Assembly: GCF_000315625.1 (NCBI RefSeq) | Contig: NW_005434495.1 | Location: 1-64,000 of the forward strand | Direction: 5' to 3' | DNA from: Guillardia theta CCMP2712 | Taxonomy: Eukaryota > Protista > Cryptophyta | DNA: 64,000 bases | In this document: positions 24,100-36,869 of the stretch, piece after piece | How positions within the stretch are numbered: the stretch's first letter is position 1 | How the letters are laid out: every line of letters begins with the position of its first letter | Position numbers and translations under genes: made by a program | Notes under the pieces: model-generated | What the model was told of the DNA's origin: nothing | Seen by the model: the letters and a program-made list of their open reading frames with translations, nothing else | Databases searched by the model: none

Positions 24100-25347
24100 T
24101 GTCTCATGCCCGTCTTTTGTCTTGCTTCTCCAACCATACTTGTGTGAATGATGTATCTTCCGGTTGCGAACCACTGCGCAACTATCTTTCTCTCGTCTCC
24201 TCCTGTTCCTATTCTCCAATTATTTCTGTTGATTCGTGTCAAATAGTCTTCCCTTCTTCTCGCTTCCTTGTACAGCTGATCTCTTCGTCTTTTCATTTAA
24301 AGAATAAGTGTCTTCGTTGCTCCGCCCTCCTCGTCCTACATTACATCTTGTCTCCCCTCGCTATCCGCCTTGCTAGGGCATTGCCCCCACGTCCTTTCTC
24401 AACTGCTTCTTCCTCTCCTGCTCTGCCAGCTCCAGCTTGATCTTGGCATCGGCTGCAGCTCGAGCGACTGCGTCGTCCCTTTCGCTCTGCAAGCGAGCAA
24501 GCTCCCTCTCCATCCTGTCTCAGTCTTGTCACCCCCAGCAGGAGCATCAGCAGGGACTCACCTCTCGCACTCTTCCTGCAGCCCGGCAGACTCGCTCTCG
24601 ACCTCCTTCCTCGCCTGTCGAACGTCTTCGAGTTGAGAGACGAGGAGGTAGGTCCCCTCCTCCATGAACCGCGACAGGCTGCTCACCACCGCCCCCAGGT
24701 CCACCGCCTCCAACTCAACACGCTTGCTGTTGATCGGAGAGGAAGAGGAGGAGGAGGGGGGGGGCTGAGGAGACTCCAACCTGGCCAACCTGTTCATGAT
24801 GCTTCCCTTGATGCCTCGCAGCGTCCAGTCTCGTTCTCTCTTGCCGCCCTCGTCTTGCCCGCCGGAGTTGCTGGGAGCTCCCGAGTTGAAGAGCCTCTTG
24901 GGCTCGAGGAGGAGAGGACTCTTGGTGGCGGCAGCGGAAGAGGAGGGGGAGCTCTCCCTGCTGCCATGCCGAGGAGAAAACTCCATCCATCCTCGCGTGC
25001 TGGCCTCTGACCCGACGAAGGGGCGGATGACGTCATCAAGGCCTCCACTCCTCCCGCTCACGTGAGCATCCTCCAGCTGCTTGTCGAGCTTCGCCCTCCT
25101 CTCGATGGCTGAGCAGAGCAGCCAGGTGAGGTCCGCATTCTCGCGGAGGAGCAGAGCTGGGGTGGAGCTGGAGAACTCCTCGCAGGAGACCTCGTTCTCT
25201 GAACACCTTGAGAGGCTCTCGCTCGCTGCCTTGTTGATCTGCTCCACTACCTGAGGATGAATGTTCAACAACACGAAGTCAAAGATCGAGGATAATGATG
25301 ATGATGATGATGATGATGATGATGGTGATGAGGAGGAGGAGCATGAG

Positions 25348-25379
<32 letters not shown>

Positions 25380-26899
25380 TGTAGTTGTTGTTGTAGTTGT
25401 TGTGGACGTGGGGTGGTGGTGGTTGCGGTGATGGTGATGGCGGTGGATAGTGGTGGTGAAGTCGATTGAATTCTGTCCCTTCAAAAAGGTACGTCAGAGT
25501 ATCGACCTTAAGGTTCTTAAAGTCCTCATAGCGTCCAGGGTCAACTCTCCAGGGGCCTATCCTGAGAGGGCTGCTGGCAAATGGGGTCCTGAGCCATCGC
25601 CACTTTACAGACTTGCAGAGCAGAGAACAAGTCTCACTGCCGGGCGATTCTTGAGATGCGCTGATCCCTGTATGAGTTCAGTTCGTCTTTCATTCTCTTC
25701 GTCTCCATCCATTCATTTGTCTCGCATCGGATCTGCAATGACGTCATTCCCTCCTCAGATCGTTTTCATTCTCGCAACCACCTTCATGCGATTCTGAATC
25801 TCGACCGCTAGCTCGCTTGCTTGATCCTGGTGCTCCTGCACCTGCTCCGACAGCCGCACCAGCTGCTGACGAGCTGAGCAAGGGGAAACAACAGCAGACA
25901 ACATGAACCTGAAGCCCTAGATCATGTTTGAGCTTCTTGTCTGACTCTCCTCTGATCCTCGCGTCTGCTAGCTTCTCCTTCACTCGCTTCACCTGCGCCA
26001 GCGCCAGCGCCAGCTCAGGGCTCTGCGTCGGGCCTGCAGGAAACAAGTTGATGCATGGCGAATGCCGTGAGTCGAGCTTACCTGTCGATTCTGACGCCAC
26101 GTTCTCGTCCTCCTCCTCGTCCAAAGCTCTATCCCCCATCCCTGCTGTACCATGAGAAGAGGTCGGAGATGAGAAGAAATCAAACATCGACATCGGACAT
26201 CGAGATCAAACATAAAGAACAGACATCGAGATTAGACATTCAAATCAAACATCTGGAAGTAGGAGATAGGAATCCTCGCCTGGAATGACATGATTCACAA
26301 AGTCCACGAACTTGTACAGGCTGTGCAGCACATGCATCCCAGCAGCCAGATCCTCCTCCTTGGCTCCCCCAAAGGCCGATGAGCCGTTGGCAGCGAGTCG
26401 AGCAAGACCGTTCATGTACTTGTCGAGCTGCATTCTCCTCTGCTCTATGTGCTCGGGGTTATGAACGATGAACAAGCTTCTCCTCGGGAGCTCGGGGAGG
26501 AAGTGGGAGAGGTCCCAGCCTAGCAGGCGCGACAGCTCTTGATCGAGTGTGAAGAATTGGCTGAATCGCTTCTCCACGTTCCACTCTGTCTCGTCGAACC
26601 TGCACATGACTATGAACACCACCAACGGCTTCCCCTGCATGTCCACTCGCTGGTGTGCTGAGACCACCTTGACCTTGAGGCGAGAGGCAGAGGGAAGCTC
26701 GCCTGCGGTGAGTTAGCGAGGAAGAGGGAGAGAGGGAAGGAGGGAGGGATCGAGCGAGCGAGGGCCGCAGAAAGGTGGGCAGGAGGAAGACAGCAGCGGA
26801 AGGAGGAGGAGGAGGAGGAGGAGGAGGAGGAGGAGAATGACCTTTGATCGCTCTGCTGTCTCTCTCATACGAGAACAGCCCGTCGACCCTCCTCGCCAT
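24100..26899 (-). CDS. PX (phox homology) domain, coiled-coil protein
   Basis: WNVEKRFSQFFTLDQEL...LPELPRR...IEQRRMQLDKYMNGL, then coiled-coil exons. Ends approximate. Confidence 0.75.
25290..25400. repeat. Compound (GAT)n/(GTA)n/(GTT)n intronic microsatellite
   Basis: Directly visible. Confidence 0.85.
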
Positions 26900-27315
26900 T
26901 CTTGACGCTGCCGCCCCGATCACCCCCGGCATCGTTATCTTCATGTTCATGTTCATGTTCATTGCCGCCGATGACTGAAAAATTCCAAAGGAATTTTATT
27001 GGACTTGAGTCCTTTCCTGCCCCTCCTGCTTCCTTTCCTGCTCCCTCCCCCGCCCCTCCTGCCTCCTCCATGTCTCCCCAGCTAGTTCCTCATCCCTCTT
27101 CCTCTTCTCCTTCCCTTGTCCCCATCTTCGCCCCCTTCGCGCGAGTTTCGGGCGGTTCCCCATGAGAACATTGAAGGCAAGAAGCCCAGGACGCGCATGT
27201 TGAGTGCTACTGTGCTCAACACTCAGCTCCGATGCAAGATGCCTTGAGGGGAGCGAGCGGTCGACATACTTTGCTACTGGCCATGACAACTGTTCTCTTG
27301 TTGCCCCCTGCCCAT

Positions 27316-28218
27316 ATGAACGACCCGGTTCTTGGTCTGGTGCGTTGCCTGCCTGCTCTACCTCTCCTCATGTTCATGGCAGGGGGCGGCACCTTCCAAG
27401 AGGCTAAGAAGCTGCTCTGACTGCGGACGGTTCTTTCACTACTGCCATCTTGCTTCCCCAACTCCTGTGCAGGCGACCTGTCTTCGGTCCCGTGGGAGGG
27501 GCTGCCGTTCACTGCTCCCTGCATCGGCATCGGGAGGACATAGATCTGATCAACCCCAAGTGCCAGTGAGTCTCACCATCCTCTTCCCTCCCCTTGTCGT
27601 TACCTCCGCCCAGGTACTCCTCAGGCTGTTCTAAGAATGCAGTCTTCGGCGGGTCGGATACAGGCTGGTTGGGAGGAGGAGGAGGACGAGGGGGAGGAAA
27701 CATGCTGAGGTCAACGGTTTGTTGGCAGGAAGAGAATGTTCTGCTCTGAGCACAGCTGTCTCCACCACGACAATCTAGCCAAGAAGAGGTTTTGACCTTG
27801 ACTGTTTCCCTCGTCCTTACGGTCTCAAAGGAAATCTGAGCAGCAAGGTTATCCAGCGTTCGACCTTTTCAACCAAGCAGAAGCACATCCGAAAATCAGG
27901 AGGAGGAGATTGCGGAGAGCTGCTTTCAAGCCTGAGTTTCAACTGATGTCGAACTACCCGGCTGTTCGGAAGTCGACGACGCCTATCAACGTCAAACTGC
28001 TTCCTGAGAGGATGGTCAATGACTCGCAGAAAAATTTCATGAGCCCCGTGCAAGAAGCTCTTGATCTCACGTTGAATCTCAAGTCGTACCCGCCGCTGAA
28101 CAGGACGCACGGAAGCTGCATTGTTTGCCTTGACAGGAGCATATGCTGGTGCGGTGGAAACGGGATGGAGACGTGGGGAGGTGAAAAATGTTGTCAGGGG
28201 AGCAGCAGTGGAAGATAG
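27316..28218 (+). CDS. EsV-1-7 cysteine-rich repeat protein (2 repeats)
   Basis: Spliced: CSDCGRRPVFGPVGGAAVHCSLHRHREDIDLINPKCQYSSGCSKNAVFGGSDTGWKRMFCSEH. Confidence 0.7.
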
Positions 28219-28398
28219 GCTGTGGAGATACTTCTTGTGCAGAAGGTCTTTGTCTTGGCCCTTGAACCTTGAAAGTTTGTCTGAGCAACCTCATAGCTGC
28301 AAGAACCTCACCAATTCAACTTGTGTGCTGTTGAGCAAGAAATGCGAGTCTTGCAGGTCAGCACCGCACGTTTCTGCAATATTCTTGATGCAATTAGC

Positions 28399-29708
28399 AT
28401 GGCAGTCGATATGGAAACTGGGCATCCAAGGAAAAGGGCAGGAAAAGGGTGTGGAGGTGTAGTTTTCATGCCTACGAGGTGGGAACGAGCGTCTCCATTT
28501 CCTTCTTTCCGTTCTCCACTAGCCTGACTGACCTTCCGTGCCGGCTCTCCACAGAGTGACGTGGATTTCGCACACTCTCAATGTCAGCATAGCGAAGGAT
28601 GTAGTACCCTTGCTTCCTTCGGTGTCCCAGACGTATTTCTCCTCTCCCTCCCTCCTCTCCCTCCTCCTCATTCACCACAACCACCGCCTTCTCCAACTCC
28701 TACTTCTTCACTCCACCCTCCCTTCTCCCTCTCCTCCTCCCTCTCCTCCTTCTCCCTTTGCTCCTTCATCGTTCCTCGTCTCAATTGCTCCGCAGGGCAG
28801 GCCGATGTTCTGCCGCCTCCACAAGGACCCTGTGAACGATCGTCTCCTCATCTCTCTTCTCGCCTCACTCACGGCGCAGAAACACGTGTCGGTCTCGCAT
28901 CAACGACATTTCTGCACCCAGCCTGGCTGCAGGAACCGAGCTTGTTTTGGGACAGTGAGGCCGATGACCGAGGGGGAAGCGATGAGGTCTCATGCTGCTG
29001 GTCAACAGATCGTGCAAGGTGCTCCGAATCGACAGCATTGCTCCTTGCACAGACTGCCGGAGGAGAAGGACCTTGTCCACAGGTGCTGCGACTCTGCTCC
29101 TGGCCCTCGCGTTGACCTGACGTCTTCATCCTCAGAACGTGCGAAGGAGACGACGGGACTTGCTCCAAGTTTCCAGTCTTCGGGGATCCCACCGAGAGAA
29201 TACCGCGATGGTGCAGGGCCCATCGGAAAGAGGTGGAGGAGCTGACGGCAGAAGCTCTCGCTGACTGTCAGCATGTCACAAGGGGGTGCATGTGGACGTG
29301 AAGCACTTTCGTTGTGAGTTCAAGGGTTGCCGCCGTCACCCGATCTACACCAGGGCGAACAAGACGTGAGGACAGGGCTCGGGGCTCGTATGACCTCACG
29401 GCCGATGCAGGAGGCCCTCGATCTGCAGCGAGCACAAGGAGGAGGTGGAGGGGCAGACGATGGTGGTGGAGAAGGGGATGAAGCAAGAATCGAACAGAAG
29501 CTCCGAGGTGAAGCTTCAGTGTCTGACTGTCCGCCTCTCTATCCTGACGGCATGGTCGCAGAGCCTTTCAGAGCCCAGCCAGACCGCCGGCTATGCTCCG
29601 CCAGACCCCACGAAGCCGAAGAGGCTGGTGAAACATGACGACGACGACGACGATGATGATGAGGTTTGTTGGAACCGCACACATGTTTCAAGTTTTATCG
29701 TATACTAA
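28399..29708 (+). CDS. EsV-1-7 cysteine-rich repeat protein (about 4 repeats)
   Basis: CQHSEGCSTLASFG..FCRLHK; CTQPGCRNRACFG..HCSLHR; CSKFPVFGDP..WCRAHR; CEFKGCRRHPIY..ICSEHK. The 3' end is uncertain. Confidence 0.72.
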
Positions 29709-30129
29709 GATCATATCGCAGTCCGATATTCCAGATGATGTCAGCTTCGGGTTTGTTTCACAGTAGCAGCCGTGGAGGTACTGAAGAAATTCACTGCAGG
29801 TGGCAAGAGCAAGCCTTTCTGAACGCAAGCTCGGCCTTGCCTCCCCATCAGCACAACTTGTCGTATGAGATTTCTGTGAGGAGCGCCGACATGATACAGA
29901 CAGAAGTTTCTGTCCACCACAGCTCCAAGACTTCCATCTCGTCTTGTCATACTGACAACATCATGGCAGCAGCAAACATGCTCATCTCGTCCATGCAGAA
30001 GACGTTCGCTGCTGGCCTGTCTGGCGGCGCGAAGGCTGCCGACTCGTCCGATGCTCAGCCCAGCGACGCAGAAATGTAAGATATTCAATGAGATGTCCTA
30101 TTACCCTCCTCCTCTTCCAAATCCCCGCG

Positions 30130-30563
30130 CAAAACTTCATTTCCCATCACGTAATCTGTTTTGCGCTTCACCAAGCGTATCAAAGGTTTCTTGCATCCTA
30201 CACCTTATCCACGTTCAGCTCACACTGCTCGTACCACTTGAGCCAGTTGCGATCTTTCGCGTCAAACGGCGTCCACAGGCAGGGCCAAGAACCCGACATG
30301 CTGCTGGACTCTGACTCCTCCACGCCCTGCTCTGAAGCCTCCGACTCACTCCCAGCAGAAACTACTCGATGCGATCGCTGCTGCTCGAAGGAGGCTGCAG
30401 GTGAGTCAAAGACTAGTATGCTCTCAGTCAAACCAGAGATCTCATCCTCTGACTCCGCATCGTCCACACTGCCACAAGCTTCTTCTGATGCAGTAGTCAT
30501 TGGTTGTTTAACGAACGGTTCGTTCTCATTCCAAGAGCTCGCGCGGCTCTGCTGTGCATCCAT
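30130..30563 (-). CDS. Small acidic hypothetical protein
   Basis: 121-aa ORF with a probable 3' intron; no recognisable domain. Confidence 0.35.
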
Positions 30564-31420
30564 GGGGTTGGGCTCAGGGGCTTCTCAGCGGCTACAGGGG
30601 TCGGTCAGCAAGTGTGCAACAGGAGAAGGATCATCGTACCAGAGGTAAAGTCACCTACCGTAGTACAGAGGCAAGTAGGCTGAGATCAAGTCGCCGCCCG
30701 TCAAAGGCTTGACATTCCGAAGTTCACAGTGACTGCCACCGACTCGGACGGCGAGCGGCCCCGGGCCGGGCGCACTGTGACGGGCCCCGGCCCGGGGCCT
30801 TGTGAGTTAAATACTGTCAAGTGATAAGTGGGTTCGAACGCCTCGACAGTTATGTCTGATTCAAATATGAAACGGTCGCCACCTTTAAGTAGGGTTGGGG
30901 TACTTTGTCCACCCACCCAATATCAGCGATTTGTACTAGTGAAGAGTTGATTTGTATCATTTCGAACATGGGGGGTAGTGATTGCGATTGAAGTACGGGG
31001 GTGGGTACGAGGCTGGAAATGGTGGCAGATCCATAGAGCAGAGGGAGGAGATACACAGAGAGGAAAGGAGAGGAGGAGGGAGAGTGAGTGAGAGAAATGG
31101 ATAGAAGAGGGAAAGTGGACAGAGAAACATAGTAACGGCAGTGAATAAGGGGAATGAGGAAGAGGGGTTACTTCGGGTAGGAAATGCTGAACGGAAAGGA
31201 CGAATCACAAGGGAGTCTCCGAAGACAACTGGAGTTTGGCTTTCATTCACGTCTGTTCTTGTTCTTTTGAATTATTGTACTATCTTGTTCTTTTCTCATC
31301 ATAAGGTGGAGTTAGGCCGATTGAACGTGGCACTGACTTTTCCATGGTGCCTCAGATTCAGGGCTTTTTATGAGCAACGGCAGCCAGTCGTCGTGAACTT
31401 GTGAATCCCAAAGAAAAGAA

Positions 31421-32601
31421 ATGGAAGCAGTCGCATCGCACGACCTCTCTCACGATCATCTTCCCTCCGCTCCTGCAGATACGGCCACAAGCTTCCTTGC
31501 CGAAGAGAAGACTTTAGACGGGGCCTCGTCTGAGGGCAACCAACAGCATGCTCTCGCCGGCATGTGCGCGCATGATGTCAGTTCTTCGAGCGCGTTTGCC
31601 ATGTGGTCACTGATGATGATGTGACCAGGGAGACTCGATGCGATCATGTAGCCTCTGTGGAGAGACGGGGCACAACAGGAGGACTTGTCCGAAGCCTCCG
31701 AACGTCGAAATGTTGGATAAGATTGGTCTAGGCAGGTCTGCTGAGACGTGTGGAAGCTTGATGGTGATGACTAACTGCCCGATGACAGTAAACCGATCCC
31801 TTACAAGCGTCCTGAGGTGGAAGGAGACGTCGGCAAAGGAGTCTCTTTCAGCCAGTTCAACGTGGGAAACGTGAACGCCCCATTCTCGTACCTCCAGGTA
31901 AGATGTCTTGATGTCTTGTCTCCTGTGGGTGGCAGCTCACGGACTTGAACAGGCCTTCGCTGTTGGGACGGGCCTCATGAACAACCCGCAGACATCTTCC
32001 CAGCTGGCCGGCGGACTCCTCCAGCACTCCAACCTGATGATGTCGCCAAATGGCAGAGTCGTTCCGATCTCAACTCCGGACGGAGGATCCAACTCTGAAG
32101 AAGTGATGGCAGAGACGTTCTTGTCACAGGGGTCTCACTTGCCTGCTTGCTAGATGGTCAAGGCCGCGGAAGAAGCTGAGCGGCAAGCGAAGGAGAGGAC
32201 GGCAGCGGCTTTAGAGAGAAAGAGAATAGCTGAGGAGATGGTGATAGTTCAATGGCTGTCCTGCTTGCTCTGACCTGCTTGCTAGCTCGAGACAGCTCTG
32301 GCTGAGGCGCAAGTTGCGGAGAGGAAGCTTGAAGAAGCTCTTGCTCGCAAGGCCGCACTCTTGGGAGTGCCTGTTGGCTCCTTGTCAGGAGACAAGTCTG
32401 ATGCCGAGCACGGAGCGGAGCATGCTGGGATGCACAACACAGACAACGACTCAGACTCAAATAAACACAACACAGCCAACAAGAGGAGCAGAAGTGCGTT
32501 CCAGGTAACCCCCTTCGTCCTCACTAGCTTGTGATTCATGCGCATGAGAGCAGGTGGACGGAGAGCAGCGCGGTCGCGTGTTGAGGTCGCGGGGCCATTG
32601 A
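31421..32601 (+). CDS. Zinc-knuckle (CCHC) and coiled-coil protein
   Basis: CSLCGETGHNRRTC; later exons AAEEAERQAKER...KLEEALARK. Confidence 0.6.
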
Positions 32602-32722
32602 CTGCGGGGACGCGCGAGGAGTGAAGAAGGAGGATGAAGCGAGAGGAGTGCGAGCCATGTCACATGGCCCTAGTGTAACGGATAGAGAGAAGATCTCAAG
32701 TTGATAATTAACTGAGTTGGTC

Positions 32723-33481
32723 TTACCTCCACCACTCCCGCCATGGCGGTCGAGGCCCCGTCATGCCGAATCGCGGCATCCAAGGGTAGTCCATGGAGAC
32801 GTAGGGCGGCACGAAACCTTTGCGAGCAGCAGCTAGAGACAAGGCGAGCCGGCTGTACCTGCAGCAGGGACTGAGGACTAGGACATGGCGCTGGGACGAG
32901 CTACCCGCTCTGCAGGCCGAGGATAAGGTAATCACACTCCGCGAGGAGGAGGATGTCAGTTAGAGTGGCCTCAGCGACTTGCTTGCGGTCGACTAGCGCC
33001 ATCCTAAGGCGCATCTCGAGCAGCCAGTCGTGACTTAGAAACTCTCTGTCCGCCCTCGAGAAGAGGAAGGTGAATCCTTCTCCTTCAAACTGACAGCAAG
33101 CTCAGCCCTCTCCCTCTCCCTCTCCCTCCCCCTCCCCCTCCCCCTCTCCCTCTCCCTCTCCTCTCCCTCCCCCTCTCCCTCTCCCTCTCCCTCTCCCTCT
33201 CCCTCTTTCCTCCCAATTCTTCTCACCTCTGCTGTCTCAGTGTAGACGGAAGGACTGTCAGAGGTGACAAACACGGTCTTGACCCCATATAAGGCTGAAA
33301 TGTTCCGCACGTGCGGCATAAAGTCCCTGAAGTGCTTGCAGCTTGCCAGTGGCATCCCATACCTGCCGACCAGAAAGACTCTTACGCTAAATCTCCTTCC
33401 TGGATTGCGAACCCCCTGCTCTCCCCCAAAATATCACCGTCCTCCTCCACCCTCATTACCAACTTCAAAGGGCTCCTCCTG

Positions 33482-33519
<38 letters not shown>

Positions 33520-35629
33520 ATACTCCTCTACCTGCTACTGCTGCTGCTGCTCCTCCTCCTGCCTCTCTCACCCCGGACTTGCTTTCAGCTTGCAGGAATC
33601 TCCTCTCCTCACGTGAACTCCTATGATCGGATTCCGAAAGCTCAAGGCCGATTTGGCAGCTCGAAGGAGCCCCTGAGCAGGGAAGAGTGAGAGGAGGAAG
33701 CGGAGGAGGGAAGGAGGGCCAAAGAGTCGGAGAGAAACGAACATGAAAGAGGTCAATGAAGGAGACATGCAAGGGCAAAAGGAACATGAGAAGAGCGATG
33801 GCGGAACTGAAACTTGCAAGAGGCGAGGCGAGGCGAGGCGCGGAGCAGAGAGGGGCGGAGACGAGAGGAGACGAGACGAGCGGAGAGGGGAGGAGCGATG
33901 AAGGACTTGAGACTGAAGGAGGAGGGTCTGTTACCACAAGCTTCCTGTTAGGAGCCATGATGAAGCTGAGCAGATATGAATTCCACCAGAAGAAACCCCA
34001 TGATTCGAAGTCAGCAGGAGGTTTGTAGTCTTCGATGTGCTCCAACACCTGCGCTATCCTCCTTACACCTCCTATCCCTCTCCCTCTCCCTCTCCCTCTC
34101 CCTCTCCCTCTCCCTCTCCCTCTCCCTCTCCCGGGCCGAGTCTCATCCCCTCTTGGAATCACCTCTGTGCTATCATGCCGGCTGACGTCTTCAGGACTGC
34201 ATCCTGCAGCCTTTCAGAGGGGAAGGAGGGGAAAGGAGGGGGCTGGGATACCTGAGAACAAGGGCTGGAAGTAGCAGGAGAGATCTTCCTGCTCTGTGGA
34301 TCTTCGAGGGCAACCGCGGTGATAGAGGTAGTCACAGAAATCTCTCACGTAGAGCATCGTGCCGTTGCGGAAAGCTCCCGCCAGTGCTCCAGCGATCTTG
34401 AATCGCCGTGGGGTTGCGAACAGGAGAAGCGTCAGGAGCATCTATCGCAAGGTTTTCTACCTGCTCCACGAATGAGGCAAACCCGGTATGCCCGTTGGTT
34501 CCCCGGATGCGAACTACTGAGATGCGAGAAGAGTTTCTGCATTGACGATGATCGGTAGCGTGTTGAAGCTGTTCCAATCGCACTCGCAGCTCCTCTGCCA
34601 TCTCCTCCCAGACCTTGCTCTGCCCGACACTTCACCATCTCCATCCCCGCCGCCATGGCATGTTACCTTGACGCAGCGATCGCCAGCCATGTGAGGGTCG
34701 CTGGTGGGGAGGTAGGCCAGATGGCTCAGTAGATGATGTTCACATCGCTCTCCTGTCCAATCTGGGGCACAGACACAGTGACTCTCAGATCTCCTCCCCA
34801 TCTCCCCGCAGTCGTTCGGACATCTTGTTTCGGGGCATGGAGTTTCAACTTCCGCCATCTCCCCATCCTCGAGATATTCTTCGTCACTCGCAATGCTGAA
34901 GGAGACCGAGTGATTGATCCCCAGAGGCTGATTGTGCTTGTCTGAAACCTCCACGTAGGCAGTATGATGTCCGTCCGGCAAGAAGCTCAGCCCCAGGAAG
35001 TAGACACTCCTCATCCTCTCCCCCATCTTCTCCCCGTTCACATAGTAGGACACATGGTAGGCCATGGGCTCGTACCCCGAGCATGACGTCGATCCTTCTT
35101 GGCAGCGGCTCGGGTCACCGACATCGTCCACGGTGAAACGGAGGAACCTCTGCGAGTTTCGCTTGAAGACATACCCAGCTGGAGGGAAGACCCAGTTCAG
35201 CCGGGGGCGGAAGTCGCAGGTGAAGAAGAGGAAGAACTGCTCGTCGATAGCATCCTCATCTCTCATGCTGCCATCCTCCTCCATCGCTCTCAACGACACC
35301 GCAAACTCGTGAGGGCCTGCAAGAAGCAGCGGGAGGGTGATCAGGAGGGGTTGAGGTTGAAAATCGTAGGATCTCAGATCCTCCCCATCCAGCCTTGTCA
35401 TGAGTTTGACTTGACCCCCCGACCGATCAACTTCCTCCATGCAATGTGCCATGGAGACATGCAGAAAGGGAAGCTCGCTTCCAAACTCGTGCATGCTCTT
35501 TCCATCCAGGACCAAGCACCCGGTCTTGACATCCAGGTCTGCCTCCGCATCCTGGGCAACCCCTCGCCACACAGCTGGAAAAAGCCAAAAGCACAAGCAT
35601 GCAAGGGTCCGAATGGACCTGCCTTTCAT
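32723..35629 (-). CDS. Secretory GT23 (FUT8/NodZ-like) alpha-1,6-fucosyltransferase-like protein with N-terminal Ig-like and EGF-like regions
   Basis: Signal peptide; CPNDC...CVCAPDWTGERC; LSCYFQPLS; PIIGVHVRRGDSC; VFVTSDS; DILLLAECDY; YVSMDYPW. Confidence 0.75.
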
Positions 35630-36000
35630 TTCCTTTGCTCCCGTCAACCAGCAAGGGATATCATCAGCTCTGGATGAAACCGATTCTAAGAGATCATTCC
35701 TGTCAAAAGTGTTTGTCATGTCATGATCAGAATGATTTCAAGTGTTTGCCCTCTATGGTAGCTATCTAAATTCACTCTCTGACATCATTTCCTTGCACTT
35801 ACTCTCTCGTCATATCTGGTGTTCCTTCTTCTACCCCCCCCCCCTTCCTCGTCCTTCCCTGTCGCCTGAGCAGTCGCTTCAATAAGTTTATAGGAAATTT
35901 TTGATATTTTGTAGTATATACAACGTTTCATATGAAAAATTTATAGTTTCAATACTACAACCAAACCAACCTTTCCGCCGAACCCGATTTAGCTCTTGTC

Positions 36001-36728
36001 ATGTTCGCGCTGCTGGCCAGCATCGAGCTTGACTCGCCCATGGGATGCTCGGGCCCAGGATCTCAGGTGATGCAATGAGGGAGGAAGGGAGGGAGGGAGA
36101 GAGAGGGAGGGAGAGGGAGAGTGCATGATGTTTGGACCCGAAGGGTTTTGTAATGCAGAAGACAATCTATACAAGATGGGGTTGGTCAGAGTAATTATGC
36201 AGCATGATGTGCAGAAGTTGATACGAGGCAATCCTCCCCTCCCTCCTCTCTCTCTCCCTCCCTCCCTCCCTCCCTCCCTCTCCCTCTCTCTGCAACGTGG
36301 TAGCCAGTGTGAGTGAGGTTCAGTTCACTGATGTACTTGTTGTCGGGTGTAAAAAAACTTTAATGTGAATTGAACTGAGGAGAACCAAAACGTCTGTTCG
36401 CCAGTGAATCCCTGGGGTTGACATCTCTCGCAGTACTGCAACTCGAGGGGGAGCAGCTACGGTGATTATGGCTTGAACATCGGTGACGCTGCAACGGGTA
36501 CCTTCTGGATGTATCGGATCCCTGTCCTGACCATGACGTAGCTATGGCATCGTTCGATGGAGAGGGGAGTGGACACGACTTCTATGGGAGCTTTTGGCAT
36601 CCTCGTAAGTGATCGATGACGTTGACTGCCTCGCAAATCATTGAGTGTTTTCCTCCTCAGCACATGGATGGCGCAGCAGCAACGACGCCGGGCGCAGCTC
36701 CTTCGGATATGACTATAGGCAGCAATGA
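36001..36728 (+). CDS. Small multi-exon hypothetical protein
   Basis: MFALLASIEL... start. The terminal exons splice cleanly to ...GHDFYGSFWHPPHGWRSSNDAGRSSFGYDYRQQ*; the middle exons are unresolved. Confidence 0.3.
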
Positions 36729-36869
36729 AGGTCGATGATGCGATGGAGAATCTTCATTGGACTCAGCTACATGATGCTGCTTCTGTGTTGAATCTCGACA
36801 AGCGCTTCATCTTTTTCTTTACTTGTACAAAATTTCGATATCCGAGCGAAGTATCACTCTTTGATCGGA

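Noticed and set aside
29732-30079. 115-aa + ORF between the EsV-1-7 gene and the acidic ORF
   Set aside because: It has no motif or splice support and could be UTR, so it is left uncalled.
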